From: an uncultured Pseudomonadales bacterium
GTDB lineage: Bacteria > Patescibacteriota > Microgenomatia > UBA1400 > MFAQ01
Direction: 5' to 3'
Length of the DNA: 64,000 bases
Assembly (NCBI GenBank): GCA_964509695.1
Contig: CAZDXN010000001.1
Location: 51,188 to 115,187, forward strand
Below, in pieces: positions 47,213 to 56,319 of this stretch (position 1 is the stretch's first letter; each line of letters begins with the position of its first letter). Below the pieces are notes generated by a model. The model was given only the letters and a program-made list of their open reading frames with translations, was not told where the DNA came from and ran no database searches. Both the position numbers and the translations under genes were made by a program.

Positions 47213-47991
47213 AAAAAAAGATTGAAAAAAACCGTTGGCAAGCTGCCCAAAAATTTGAATACAATGACTGGGCAAATATGCCAAACATCGTAACAGATGA
47301 ATGGAAAGAGCTCGTGAAGAAATATTCAAAACTATTTCCAAAAATCGCCAAAAGCTCTGACCTGAAAGATTCAGACGCCATTCTCGACGTCGGCTGCGGT
47401 CCAACCGTCCCAGCCAGGCTTCTTAGAAAAGGAAGGGTCACTGGTATCGAACCCCTAGCAGATAAACTCAAGATCTCTGGAGGAAAGTACTTACCCGGCG
47501 TAAATATCATCTGCGGCAAAGCCGAAAAAATGCCTTTTAAAGATCACTCATTTCAGTTCGTTGTCTGTCGAAACGTCATTGACCACACCCAGAATCCCAA
47601 GGTAATCATTAAAGAAGTAAAAAGAGTTTTAAAAAAAAATGGTCATTTTCTTCTAATTTCTTACACCTATTCACCTTTTATCACTTTTGTAAAAAACATT
47701 AGCGAGCGCATTGGATTATTTCGCAACATCGGTCATCCATTCACCTTCACACCAGAAATGCTTGACCAACTAGTTCAACCGGAATTTGAAATCAAACAAA
47801 GATATACTATTCACACAGGCAAAGATTCTACTGACTATGGCAAAGTGGGGGAGGAGATTGTTGACAATTCCTTGCTGCACAAGACGATGATATTTATTAA
47901 CAACAAAATTTTGGGAGAACCATGGTTTCTAAAGGAATACGGCTTCTTGTGCATCCCAACACCAAAACATACTAAATATGCCGAAGTCTAA
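47209..47991 (+). CDS. Class I SAM-dependent methyltransferase
   Basis: ILDVGCGP, GIEP, MPFKDHSF, NVIDH, RVLKKNG. ATGA-coupled start at 47209. Confidence 0.85.
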   Translation: MKKKIEKNRWQAAQKFEYNDWANMPNIVTDEWKELVKKYSKLFPKIAKSSDLKDSDAILDVGCGPTVPARLLRKGRVTGIEPLADKLKISGGKYLPGVNIICGKAEKMPFKDHSFQFVVCRNVIDHTQNPKVIIKEVKRVLKKNGHFLLISYTYSPFITFVKNISERIGLFRNIGHPFTFTPEMLDQLVQPEFEIKQRYTIHTGKDSTDYGKVGEEIVDNSLLHKTMIFINNKILGEPWFLKEYGFLCIPTPKHTKYAEV

Positions 47992-49525
47992 AAAGAAAAT
48001 TATTCTAATTAGACCTCTCGTTTTTTCAAAGACGAGACCCTATTACGGTGCTCCACTCGCATTGTTGGCGATTTCCAAAATACTAGCAACCGAGGGTTAC
48101 AAGATAAAGATCATCGATCCGCTAACTCACAGGGACTATGTCACTGCTGTAGTTCGGGAAGCAAAAGACGCCATTTGCGTTGGTATTTCGGCCTTGACGG
48201 GATATTCTATTTTCGATGGATTACAAATTGCCCGGGCTGTCAAAAGGAAATATCCTAAACTTCCGGTCGTTTGGGGAGGCTGGCACCCGTCAATCCTCCC
48301 TCTTGAGACCATCAAAGACGAAAATGTCGATATTGTGGTCTACGGACAAGGCGAAAGAACCTTTACCGAATTGGTCCACTCCATAGAGAAAAATAAAACA
48401 TTAAAAAATATTAAGGGGATAATCTATAAAAATAAGAAGGGAAAAATAGTTCAAAATACACCGAGACCAATCGAATCGTTAGACAACTTCCCCCCCGTTC
48501 CTTATCACCTGATCGACGTAAAGAAATTTCTCGTCCCTCAAGAATACGGGAAAAGATCTCTAGTCTATTACACAAGTTTTGGTTGTCCTCATCGATGCAT
48601 TTTCTGTGTCGAACAAATCGTAAACAACCGTCATTGGGCCGGACTCTCTCCAGAGCGGGCCGTGGAAGAAATCACCGACATGAAACAAAAATACGGAATT
48701 GACTCAATCCAGATTATCGATAGTAATTTCTTTATCAATGAGGATAGGTCCCGGAGGTTCGCCCAACTCTTAATCGATCAAAAAGTGAACATAAAGTGGG
48801 GAAACGTGAACGGCAGAACTAGGCAGATGAGCCAATACAGAGATTCCACCTGGAAGCTAATGAAACAAAGCGGCCTCGAATGCATCCTGATCGGAGCCGA
48901 GTCGGGCAGCAACGAGACTCTGAAATATATGAAGAAAGATATCACCGTCGCTGACACTCTAAATTTGACCAAGTTCTGTGCCAGATATGACATAAAGATT
49001 CTTAGTTCGTTCTTAGTCGGATTTCCTCACTCAGCCGATCCAGAGAAATGTTACAAGATCACCGAAAAGGAACTAGCCACCTCTCTGAGGTTAATCGATA
49101 AAATGTTCAAGATCTATCCTCGAATTAGAATGATGTTTGCCTTATTCCTCCCCTATCCCAGCACCGCCTTGTTCGAAGAAAGCCGGAGAATGGGTTTAGA
49201 GATACCCGAAAGACTTGAAGATTGGCACGAATTTCTGATTGCGGCTGAAGATGCATCCAAAATCAGAGTCCGTCAAAAATGGATTACCCAGGAACAAGCG
49301 CGCCGGATCTTAATGATTTCTATCTATATATTTTTCTTTATGGATCCTGATTCATTCAATTTGGTCACCGCCAAAATTAATAATCCGTTGAAAAAAGCCT
49401 TTCTCCATTTTGGGTTCCAAGTTTTCAAAAAGATTGTTGACTTGCGTTGGAAATATAAATATTTTGGATTACCAATCGACTTTTGGTTTTATAATATTTT
49501 AAGAAAATATAGCGGTCTAGGATAA
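47978..49525 (+). CDS. Cobalamin-binding-domain radical SAM protein
   Basis: PLALLAI, WGGWHPS, GQGE, TSFGCPHRCIFC, IDSNF, IGAESGS. Confidence 0.9.
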   Translation: MPKSKKKIILIRPLVFSKTRPYYGAPLALLAISKILATEGYKIKIIDPLTHRDYVTAVVREAKDAICVGISALTGYSIFDGLQIARAVKRKYPKLPVVWGGWHPSILPLETIKDENVDIVVYGQGERTFTELVHSIEKNKTLKNIKGIIYKNKKGKIVQNTPRPIESLDNFPPVPYHLIDVKKFLVPQEYGKRSLVYYTSFGCPHRCIFCVEQIVNNRHWAGLSPERAVEEITDMKQKYGIDSIQIIDSNFFINEDRSRRFAQLLIDQKVNIKWGNVNGRTRQMSQYRDSTWKLMKQSGLECILIGAESGSNETLKYMKKDITVADTLNLTKFCARYDIKILSSFLVGFPHSADPEKCYKITEKELATSLRLIDKMFKIYPRIRMMFALFLPYPSTALFEESRRMGLEIPERLEDWHEFLIAAEDASKIRVRQKWITQEQARRILMISIYIFFFMDPDSFNLVTAKINNPLKKAFLHFGFQVFKKIVDLRWKYKYFGLPIDFWFYNILRKYSGLG

Positions 49526-49535
49526 AGTTCTCTCC

Positions 49536-50675
49536 ATGATGATTTTTATTGCCAATCAATTCGTAGGGAAAAATCTTTCAACAGGCGGAGATATCCTTGC
49601 CGTGGAAATGGCCAAGAGAATCAGGGGGAAACTGACAATACTTGCCCCAATTCAGATTCACGCGCAACTATCAAAGGCACTTCCGAAGGCAACTTTAATT
49701 ACCACCAATGCTTTGTATTCGTCCTCGGCTACAGCATCCACACTCTACGGTGGAATATCTATATTTATTAGCTATCTAATTCGATCGTGGAGAAGTACCT
49801 CGTGGCTTCTAAAGAACATCAAGAGCGGCGATCGAGTCTATCTAACTGGTGATTTTATTTGTAACACCCTACCAGCATGGATAATCAAGATGGTAAAGCC
49901 TGAAACAATAGTTCTCGCGAACTTTTATCATCGAAATCCAAGACCAAACGCACGTCTTGGAAACAACTACGTTGTCAGTGCCTTCTCGCGTTTCCTGCAA
50001 AATATTAGCCTAAAAATTCTAAGAAAGATAATCTTCAAAATCTTTGTTCTTTCAAAAGTTGGAGAGGGCGAGTTGGTCAATGAAGGGTTCATCTCTTCAC
50101 AAATCATTGTTTCTGGAGCAGGGACAAATATTGACAAACAAAGACGAAATCTAGCGAGGAAAAAAAATCAAATTGTTTTTGTGGGGAGAATAAATATTAC
50201 CAAGGGGGCATTCGATCTCATAGAGATCTTTAACCAAGTAGCCAAAAAGAACAATAAAGTCAGACTGATAATGCTCGGTGGATCATCAGGGGCAGACAAA
50301 TCAAAGTTGGAAAAGTTGATAAAGGACTATTCTTTAGGGGATAGGATCAGATATCTAGGGTTCGTAGACGAAATAACAAAAAACAAAATCTTGTCTGAGT
50401 CAAAAGCCTTGGTTTTACCATCGAAAGAAGAGGGCTTCGGAATTGTTATTATGGAAGCACTGGCTCTTAGAACACCAGCGGTCTGTTACGACTTACTGGC
50501 GCTAAAGACAATTTTTTCAAGATATCAATCAGTCAATTTTGTAAAAAAGTTTACGAAACAAAAGTTTGCAGACAAAATCATCAAAGTTGTGTCAGAAAAA
50601 AAAGAAGTCCCAGTAGAAAACCTAGGATCATGGGACGATGTTTACAAAATTCAGTCAAAATATTTTTCGCAATAG
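49536..50675 (+). CDS. GT4 glycosyltransferase
   Basis: STGGD, FVGRINITKG, YLGFV, PSKEEGFGIVIMEA. Confidence 0.88.
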   Translation: MMIFIANQFVGKNLSTGGDILAVEMAKRIRGKLTILAPIQIHAQLSKALPKATLITTNALYSSSATASTLYGGISIFISYLIRSWRSTSWLLKNIKSGDRVYLTGDFICNTLPAWIIKMVKPETIVLANFYHRNPRPNARLGNNYVVSAFSRFLQNISLKILRKIIFKIFVLSKVGEGELVNEGFISSQIIVSGAGTNIDKQRRNLARKKNQIVFVGRINITKGAFDLIEIFNQVAKKNNKVRLIMLGGSSGADKSKLEKLIKDYSLGDRIRYLGFVDEITKNKILSESKALVLPSKEEGFGIVIMEALALRTPAVCYDLLALKTIFSRYQSVNFVKKFTKQKFADKIIKVVSEKKEVPVENLGSWDDVYKIQSKYFSQ

Positions 50676-50679
50676 ATAA

Positions 50680-52863
50680 ATGAAAGAAATACTCAATAAA
50701 ATTGTCCGTCCCGCGATTCCATTATTTCCACTGTTGCTTATTACCGCGATCTTCATTCTTCCGCTTACCAAACCGGGGTTGATTGTTGGAGGCGACTGGA
50801 CCTTTCCCTCCTCCAACCAAGAGCTTCGGGTCTTTGGCGACCGAGCCTTTTCGGTTTGGGTCAACGCTGAAATACCCTTCGGAACACAAGTCTCTCATAA
50901 CAATCTATATTTGTTTCAGATACTTGCCCACCTTTGGGCATCGATCGGATTTAACGGAATAAGCTTCCAAAAGATTACCCTTTTTCTAACAATCTTTGGC
51001 ATTTATGTGTTTTCGTATCGTTTACTTTTAAAGCTCACCAGATCTCCGTTTGCGTCCGTGGTGGGGGCCATGAGTTACCTCTTTTCTCCCATCGTCTTCA
51101 ACTACCTCAATATGGGCTGGAACTATGTCTTGCTTTTTTTGGCCCTCGCCCCTCTCTTTACCCAAATTGCCCTCGACTTCTTCAAAGACGGAAAAAAGAA
51201 ACACATCATCGCCCTTGGCCTAATCTCGGCCATAAGCTTCTTCCAATCCCAATCGATTGTTTGGCTCCCCCTTATTTTTATCTGTATTTTCATCTCTCAA
51301 GTCACTAGAAAAAATTTATTAAAAAACCTTCTGCGTTTCGGCACGGCCTCAATCGGAATCGTCATAATCGTTCTCATCGTTCATCTGCCTTGGCTTCTCC
51401 CCATAATTCTAAACCCCGGCAATATCATTAACAGCACATCAGCAATTGACCTGAAAAGGTTTTCGGAGGTACTCTCAATATCAAATCAATTCCGTCTCTG
51501 GGGGAGTCTATACAACCAAGAATTTGAGCTGGCTTTTCCCCAGGTACTGGTTCTGTTTCCCTTTGCCCCAATCCTAATTTGTGTCCTCTCACCACTATTG
51601 TCCTCGTTTGAAAAAAAAAGGCTGCCGGCTTACCTCCTCGTGTTGCTACTGATATCAATTGCCCCCACACTATACATCTTCCGTGGAGCGATCGCCGACC
51701 TCCCGTTCGCCGCGGTGGTCAGGGATATCAGTAGATTTCTTGTAATTACTTCCCTGGGCTTTTCGTTGGGAATCGCGCTTACACTCTCCGTCAACAAAGG
51801 TCGATTGGGCCGGGTAATTATTTGCATTGTATTAATTCTTTCGGCAATACCGTATTTTCTTGGTAGATTATATACACTAACCGGTGACCCATCGCCGCAA
51901 TCGAACGAGTATAAGGATTTTCGCGCCAGGCTACTATCCCTTCCCGAAATAGAAAACGAATCAACGCTCCCACTTTCTAACCAAACAAACATTTTTTTGC
52001 CCACGGGGGGATTTATCTTCACAAAAACTGACACCCGGTTCAATCGTGACTTTTGGAGTATTGCTGACATCCAAGGCAATTTTTCTCCGATCGCATCGGG
52101 AATGTATTTCACCGATAAGAGCGATTTTCTGATATCCAACCTTGTCCAAAATTATTCGCTGGTAAGTAACAATATTGACCTTTTGACCGCTTTCTTTCGA
52201 GTCTACGGGATTAACAACCTTGTTTATCGTTCTGGACTCGAATCGACTTACAAATCGCAGTTAGATCGTGACGGCATCCAAAAAAAATGTCAGGCAGTCC
52301 TTCCGGAAAGTGATTCTGATTGGTCCATTACCTCGATTTGTACCATTAAAGATACTTACCCCCTCATTTATGCTTCTGTATTACCCCGATATTCAGCCAG
52401 ACCGTTTAGTGAGATATTGTCTGAAAAAAATAATCAAGACCGCATCGTCATTTTGGGCTGTCCGAAAATGATAAAAGAGAAAAGTATTATTTGTAATATT
52501 GGCAAAGTTGATAATTTAGCCTCTACCGCCCCATCCCTGAAGTTTAATAAAATCTCCGAGACGAAGTACCGTCTCGAAGTCGAGGATATCAGGGGGAAAT
52601 TTTTATTAGTTTTTAATCAAACGTATCATCCTGGCTGGGTTATTCGAAGTAAGTTTGGGGAAAAGCTAAACCTTCCCCACATTCTGGTAAATCAATTGGT
52701 TAATGGTTGGGTGGTGGATCCGGCAGGGGATCTGGACAAGGAAGAATACATTATCGAGTTTTACCCTCAGATGCTCTACTCGGGACTATTGCCGATCTCG
52801 TTAATTAGTATCCTAATTATGCTGCTCTACCTCGTCTACCAATCGAAATCAAAAAGTCAATGA
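50680..52863 (+). CDS. Multi-pass membrane protein, GT-C-like (AftD/YfhO-like architecture)
   Basis: GGDWTFP, YLFSP, RDISRF; C-terminal KISETKYRL...FNQTYHPGW...VNQLVNGW...EFYPQ. Confidence 0.6.
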   Translation: MKEILNKIVRPAIPLFPLLLITAIFILPLTKPGLIVGGDWTFPSSNQELRVFGDRAFSVWVNAEIPFGTQVSHNNLYLFQILAHLWASIGFNGISFQKITLFLTIFGIYVFSYRLLLKLTRSPFASVVGAMSYLFSPIVFNYLNMGWNYVLLFLALAPLFTQIALDFFKDGKKKHIIALGLISAISFFQSQSIVWLPLIFICIFISQVTRKNLLKNLLRFGTASIGIVIIVLIVHLPWLLPIILNPGNIINSTSAIDLKRFSEVLSISNQFRLWGSLYNQEFELAFPQVLVLFPFAPILICVLSPLLSSFEKKRLPAYLLVLLLISIAPTLYIFRGAIADLPFAAVVRDISRFLVITSLGFSLGIALTLSVNKGRLGRVIICIVLILSAIPYFLGRLYTLTGDPSPQSNEYKDFRARLLSLPEIENESTLPLSNQTNIFLPTGGFIFTKTDTRFNRDFWSIADIQGNFSPIASGMYFTDKSDFLISNLVQNYSLVSNNIDLLTAFFRVYGINNLVYRSGLESTYKSQLDRDGIQKKCQAVLPESDSDWSITSICTIKDTYPLIYASVLPRYSARPFSEILSEKNNQDRIVILGCPKMIKEKSIICNIGKVDNLASTAPSLKFNKISETKYRLEVEDIRGKFLLVFNQTYHPGWVIRSKFGEKLNLPHILVNQLVNGWVVDPAGDLDKEEYIIEFYPQMLYSGLLPISLISILIMLLYLVYQSKSKSQ

Positions 52864-53771
52864 AAAACAAGCGATCGATCTTCATCGCCATGTCATTGTT
52901 TTTATATGGACTGGTAACCTTCGGGTCTTTTTTGAGGAACTACGAACCCGGCCTGTCAATATTGATCCATGAACACCCCAACCTATTTCTGAAAAATACC
53001 CCGATGCTCGCGGGGAACAAAGTAACCTTCGAAATTGTGTCCCCCCACAACGGACTTGGCATCGTTGCGGTGCGTTTCAGAACATACGGGAGAGTAAACG
53101 ACGATGTCCTGACGTTTCGGATGAAGCCAAAGGGTGCCTCGACCTGGACATACTCCGCAAATTACAAGACAGATCAGTTCCAAGATGGGAAGCTTTTTCC
53201 GTTTGGTTACCCAGTAATCCCGGATTCAAAAAATGGAACCTACTTGATCCAGTTGGAATCACTATCCGGTACTGAGGACAATCATGTTTCCGTAGATACC
53301 GGTAACCCAATCATCGTCAGTAAATATCATTATCCCCAAACAACATCAAAGAATATCCAGTTTGGTTTCAGGAAAGCCTTCAACCTTCTCTCCAACTCCT
53401 CTACAGCCTTTCCCATATTATTTTATTTTTGCCCGTTTTTATTATATTTACTCAATTTATTTTCAATATTCAAAAGAAAAAAACCCTCGTATTTCTCGAT
53501 TCTATTTCCCGCAACGCTGATGCTATCAGCTTACTTCCTCAAGCTTCCCGTTCCTGATTACTGGGAACTCACGCTGGCACTAACCTGGCTTGTTTATGTT
53601 TTGGTAAGCAAAGTATCTTATCGCTTCAGTGTTGCGCTGTCTTTGCTTGCGGCTCTCTATCTGGTGATCCAGTCCCTCAAGAACGATGCCTTCGATGTTG
53701 ATCAGGCTGGGCAATGGCTCTACTACAGTCTTCTTCTGGCCATAATCCAAGTTAAAGCCAAAAGCTATTAG
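52860..53771 (+). CDS. Membrane protein of unknown function with 'TDQFQ/FPFG' domain
   Basis: N-terminal TM, the shared domain (YKTDQFQDGKLFPFGYP), then ~5 TMs. Confidence 0.7.
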   Translation: MKNKRSIFIAMSLFLYGLVTFGSFLRNYEPGLSILIHEHPNLFLKNTPMLAGNKVTFEIVSPHNGLGIVAVRFRTYGRVNDDVLTFRMKPKGASTWTYSANYKTDQFQDGKLFPFGYPVIPDSKNGTYLIQLESLSGTEDNHVSVDTGNPIIVSKYHYPQTTSKNIQFGFRKAFNLLSNSSTAFPILFYFCPFLLYLLNLFSIFKRKKPSYFSILFPATLMLSAYFLKLPVPDYWELTLALTWLVYVLVSKVSYRFSVALSLLAALYLVIQSLKNDAFDVDQAGQWLYYSLLLAIIQVKAKSY

Positions 53772-54280
53772 ATTTTTTTAACAAACCTTGCCGGGTTTCC
53801 CGCCCAGATCTCGTCTCTGGGAATATTTTTATTTACCAGAGATAATGCGCCTATGATACTATTGTCACCAATATTAACTCCGGGAAGGATGACACTTCCG
53901 GCTCCGATCCAAACGTTTCTCCCGATTATTATCTCTTTTCCGACCACTCCTAGACTGCCGATCGGCGCCCCTCTCCTATACTTGTAATTTGCCGAGTACA
54001 GTTGGACGTAGGGAGATAGTTTGGTATTGTCGCCAATAGTGATGCCAAAATCACCGTAAAGATTACACCCCTGATTGATATCTACGCGATTTCCCAGCTC
54101 GATGTTATACGTCCCGCCAAACGAGACGTCCCGGCAGATATAAACCCACCCACTGACCTTCTTGAAAGCAAAATAATAGAAATAGTACCTTAATATCGCG
54201 AGAAGGTGTTGCGGTATCCGTTCAAGGATGACCGGCAGTAGTCTCAAAGAAAATCTCCTGGACTGAACGTAAGGTATCAT
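53768..54280 (-). CDS. Hexapeptide-repeat sugar O-acetyltransferase
   Basis: IGRNVWIGAGSVILPGVNIGDNSIIGALSLV...AGNPAR. Confidence 0.9.
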   Translation of the reverse strand: MIPYVQSRRFSLRLLPVILERIPQHLLAILRYYFYYFAFKKVSGWVYICRDVSFGGTYNIELGNRVDINQGCNLYGDFGITIGDNTKLSPYVQLYSANYKYRRGAPIGSLGVVGKEIIIGRNVWIGAGSVILPGVNIGDNSIIGALSLVNKNIPRDEIWAGNPARFVKKI

Positions 54281-54290
54281 ATACTTATAG

Positions 54291-54573
54291 ATGAAAACAA
54301 AGCATTCTCTAATAATAATCGGTCTGATAATTTTATTCTTTACTCCTTCATTAGTAAATCATATTTCGCAGTTTCTAAATTTTTTTCGTTTGCTAGGACT
54401 CCGCAATCGATCGTCTTCTATCGACCGATTCCTACCCAAGTTTTAGCTGGACAGACAAAGAAGTCGTCTTCAGAACAGACCCAACCCTGACAGAGTCCGG
54501 AAAAATTAGACTGGTCAATATTGATGGGATCCAAAGCAATGAAGTAGATTTTACTTATACCCCTCCAAAGTAG
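54291..54573 (+). pseudogene. Probable frameshifted remnant of a membrane-anchored IPT/TIG-like protein
   Basis: ATG 54291 opens MKTKHSLIIIGLIILFF... with a stop at 54446. The +1 frame continues ...SWTDKEVVFRTDP...SGKIRLVNIDGIQSNEVDFTY...TAG 54573. Confidence 0.5.
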
Positions 54574-54598
54574 CAGAGATCAGTGGCCATTTGACCGC

Positions 54599-55486
54599 CT
54601 AATGGTGTTTTCCGCTCTCAAATAGTTCCACCGGTGACTTTTCCTTAAGTCTCTTGTGGGGAAAGTAATTCCAGATATCGCCAAAAAGCTGGTAATGTTT
54701 GAAAAATGGTTTTTCTGGAATTCCCATTTTGATTAGGTCGGTATAAAAATCGGCTTCGTTGTGGTTATAGTTTTCAACAAAAACAAAATCGACGACCTCA
54801 TCGAAAGTAGGGGTGAATCCATAACGACTGGCTAAGAGTGAATATCGTTTTTGGATCTTTTTACGGGATTTTTCCAGCTCTTGAGGGTTTTTGGGCAAAT
54901 CCTCAAAAGGAGTCTTTTCTTTCCTTTTGGTCATTAGCAAGTTGAGGGCGATCTTGGCGGTAAATTCGTCAGCGCCATTCTCTTTCAGGAAAATTTTTCT
55001 GGCTCTCGGAGTGTTGGTGATCGGGAAAAAGACGGGATCGCTACCTACAAATATCCATCTACCATCCACCATCGCCGCCCTATTCCAGAAACTCCCCTTC
55101 CCAGGAAAGTTCGAGGAGAGAGCCTTGTCAAAAACTTTATAAGTGTCTCCGCTGTATAGGCCATATACGGTGACGTATTGTCCGCGCCTACTTTCGACTT
55201 CAAACATCTGGAAAGTTTGCGTCTTAATTACTTGTTCAAGTTCAGCCAATTGATTCTCGGCTAATAAATCTGGGTTTTTGAGGTAGTATTCGGTCAGCCA
55301 ATTCCTCGACGCGTCAATCCTGAAGTCGAAAATAAGCCATTCATTGAATAGCAAGGTAATCTGCGCGAAATCAGGTGAATTTTGGTCGATGTATTTATCA
55401 TCAAAAAATTCGGAAACAGCCCGTTTCATCAAGTTCGGATTACGATAGGCGTAAGCAATGATTTTACTTAGCCTTATTTTAAGCAT
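54599..55486 (-). CDS. Hypothetical protein (resembles SEC-C-associated families but has no SEC-C motif)
   Basis: 295-aa ORF with its own TATAAT 7 nt before the ATG; FNEWLIFDF and C-terminal WNYFPHKRLKEKSPVEL. Confidence 0.65.
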   Translation of the reverse strand: MLKIRLSKIIAYAYRNPNLMKRAVSEFFDDKYIDQNSPDFAQITLLFNEWLIFDFRIDASRNWLTEYYLKNPDLLAENQLAELEQVIKTQTFQMFEVESRRGQYVTVYGLYSGDTYKVFDKALSSNFPGKGSFWNRAAMVDGRWIFVGSDPVFFPITNTPRARKIFLKENGADEFTAKIALNLLMTKRKEKTPFEDLPKNPQELEKSRKKIQKRYSLLASRYGFTPTFDEVVDFVFVENYNHNEADFYTDLIKMGIPEKPFFKHYQLFGDIWNYFPHKRLKEKSPVELFESGKHH

Positions 55487-55539
55487 AATCAGTATTATAA
55501 TCCATGGGCAATAGTTCCTAAAAAACGGAATAATATTGA

Positions 55540-56319
55540 TTACTCCAAACTTGTTTGCTCAAACAGCTTCTTAAAGTAGCGGATTTTATCGATGTCGCTA
55601 TCAATCAAAATAAACGGTTTGACATCACTTGCTAGTTCTTCGAAATCGAGCGTCTCCAGATAATCCATGATCTTTGTCTTGATCGCGGACAGATCACCAG
55701 TTCCAAACTTTGCCCCCAAGAACTCTTTATCCGGTTTGGTATTTTGAAGAAGGAAAATAATATCGTAAAAATCTCGACCTTTCGCTCTCGCTCTGTTTGT
55801 GATCGTCCAGAGTTTTTGTGCCAGAATTATTGGCTTTGGCGTAATTGTTATCAGCTTGGTGATATCAAACTTATTCAAGACAAAACTCTCGGTAGCATAA
55901 TTTACCTGCTGGTCAAATGTGTCCACCCGAATCAAAATCTTTTCGTCAACATATCCGGACATCTTACTCTCTTGCAAAAGATTTGGGAATTTAATTTTGC
56001 AGTGGAAAGCTCCTTTGTTAACGATACTAATTTCTACCTTCAAACCAAGTTTCTCTAGCTCTTTGGCGATATATTGCGATAAAAGTATAAATTCTCCTTC
56101 CGTTAGATTTTTGTTGTCAAAATCCAAATCTTCAGAAAATCTTTTTGAGTCGTAGACAATTCGCAAACATGTTCCACCCAGAAAAGATAATTTTCGCCCA
56201 ATTTTGTGAGAAAAAATAAGGCTTAATATCAGATATTGAAGATATTCTCTCAGCAACCCACGGTTATATTTGTGGATATCAGACGGGTAAAACTTCTTTA
56301 TTTCTTCAATCGAAATCAT
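55540..56319 (-). CDS. AbiEii/AbiGii-family nucleotidyltransferase toxin
   Basis: FLGGTCLR...RFSEDLDF and KGRDFYD. Confidence 0.9.
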   Translation of the reverse strand: MISIEEIKKFYPSDIHKYNRGLLREYLQYLILSLIFSHKIGRKLSFLGGTCLRIVYDSKRFSEDLDFDNKNLTEGEFILLSQYIAKELEKLGLKVEISIVNKGAFHCKIKFPNLLQESKMSGYVDEKILIRVDTFDQQVNYATESFVLNKFDITKLITITPKPIILAQKLWTITNRARAKGRDFYDIIFLLQNTKPDKEFLGAKFGTGDLSAIKTKIMDYLETLDFEELASDVKPFILIDSDIDKIRYFKKLFEQTSLE

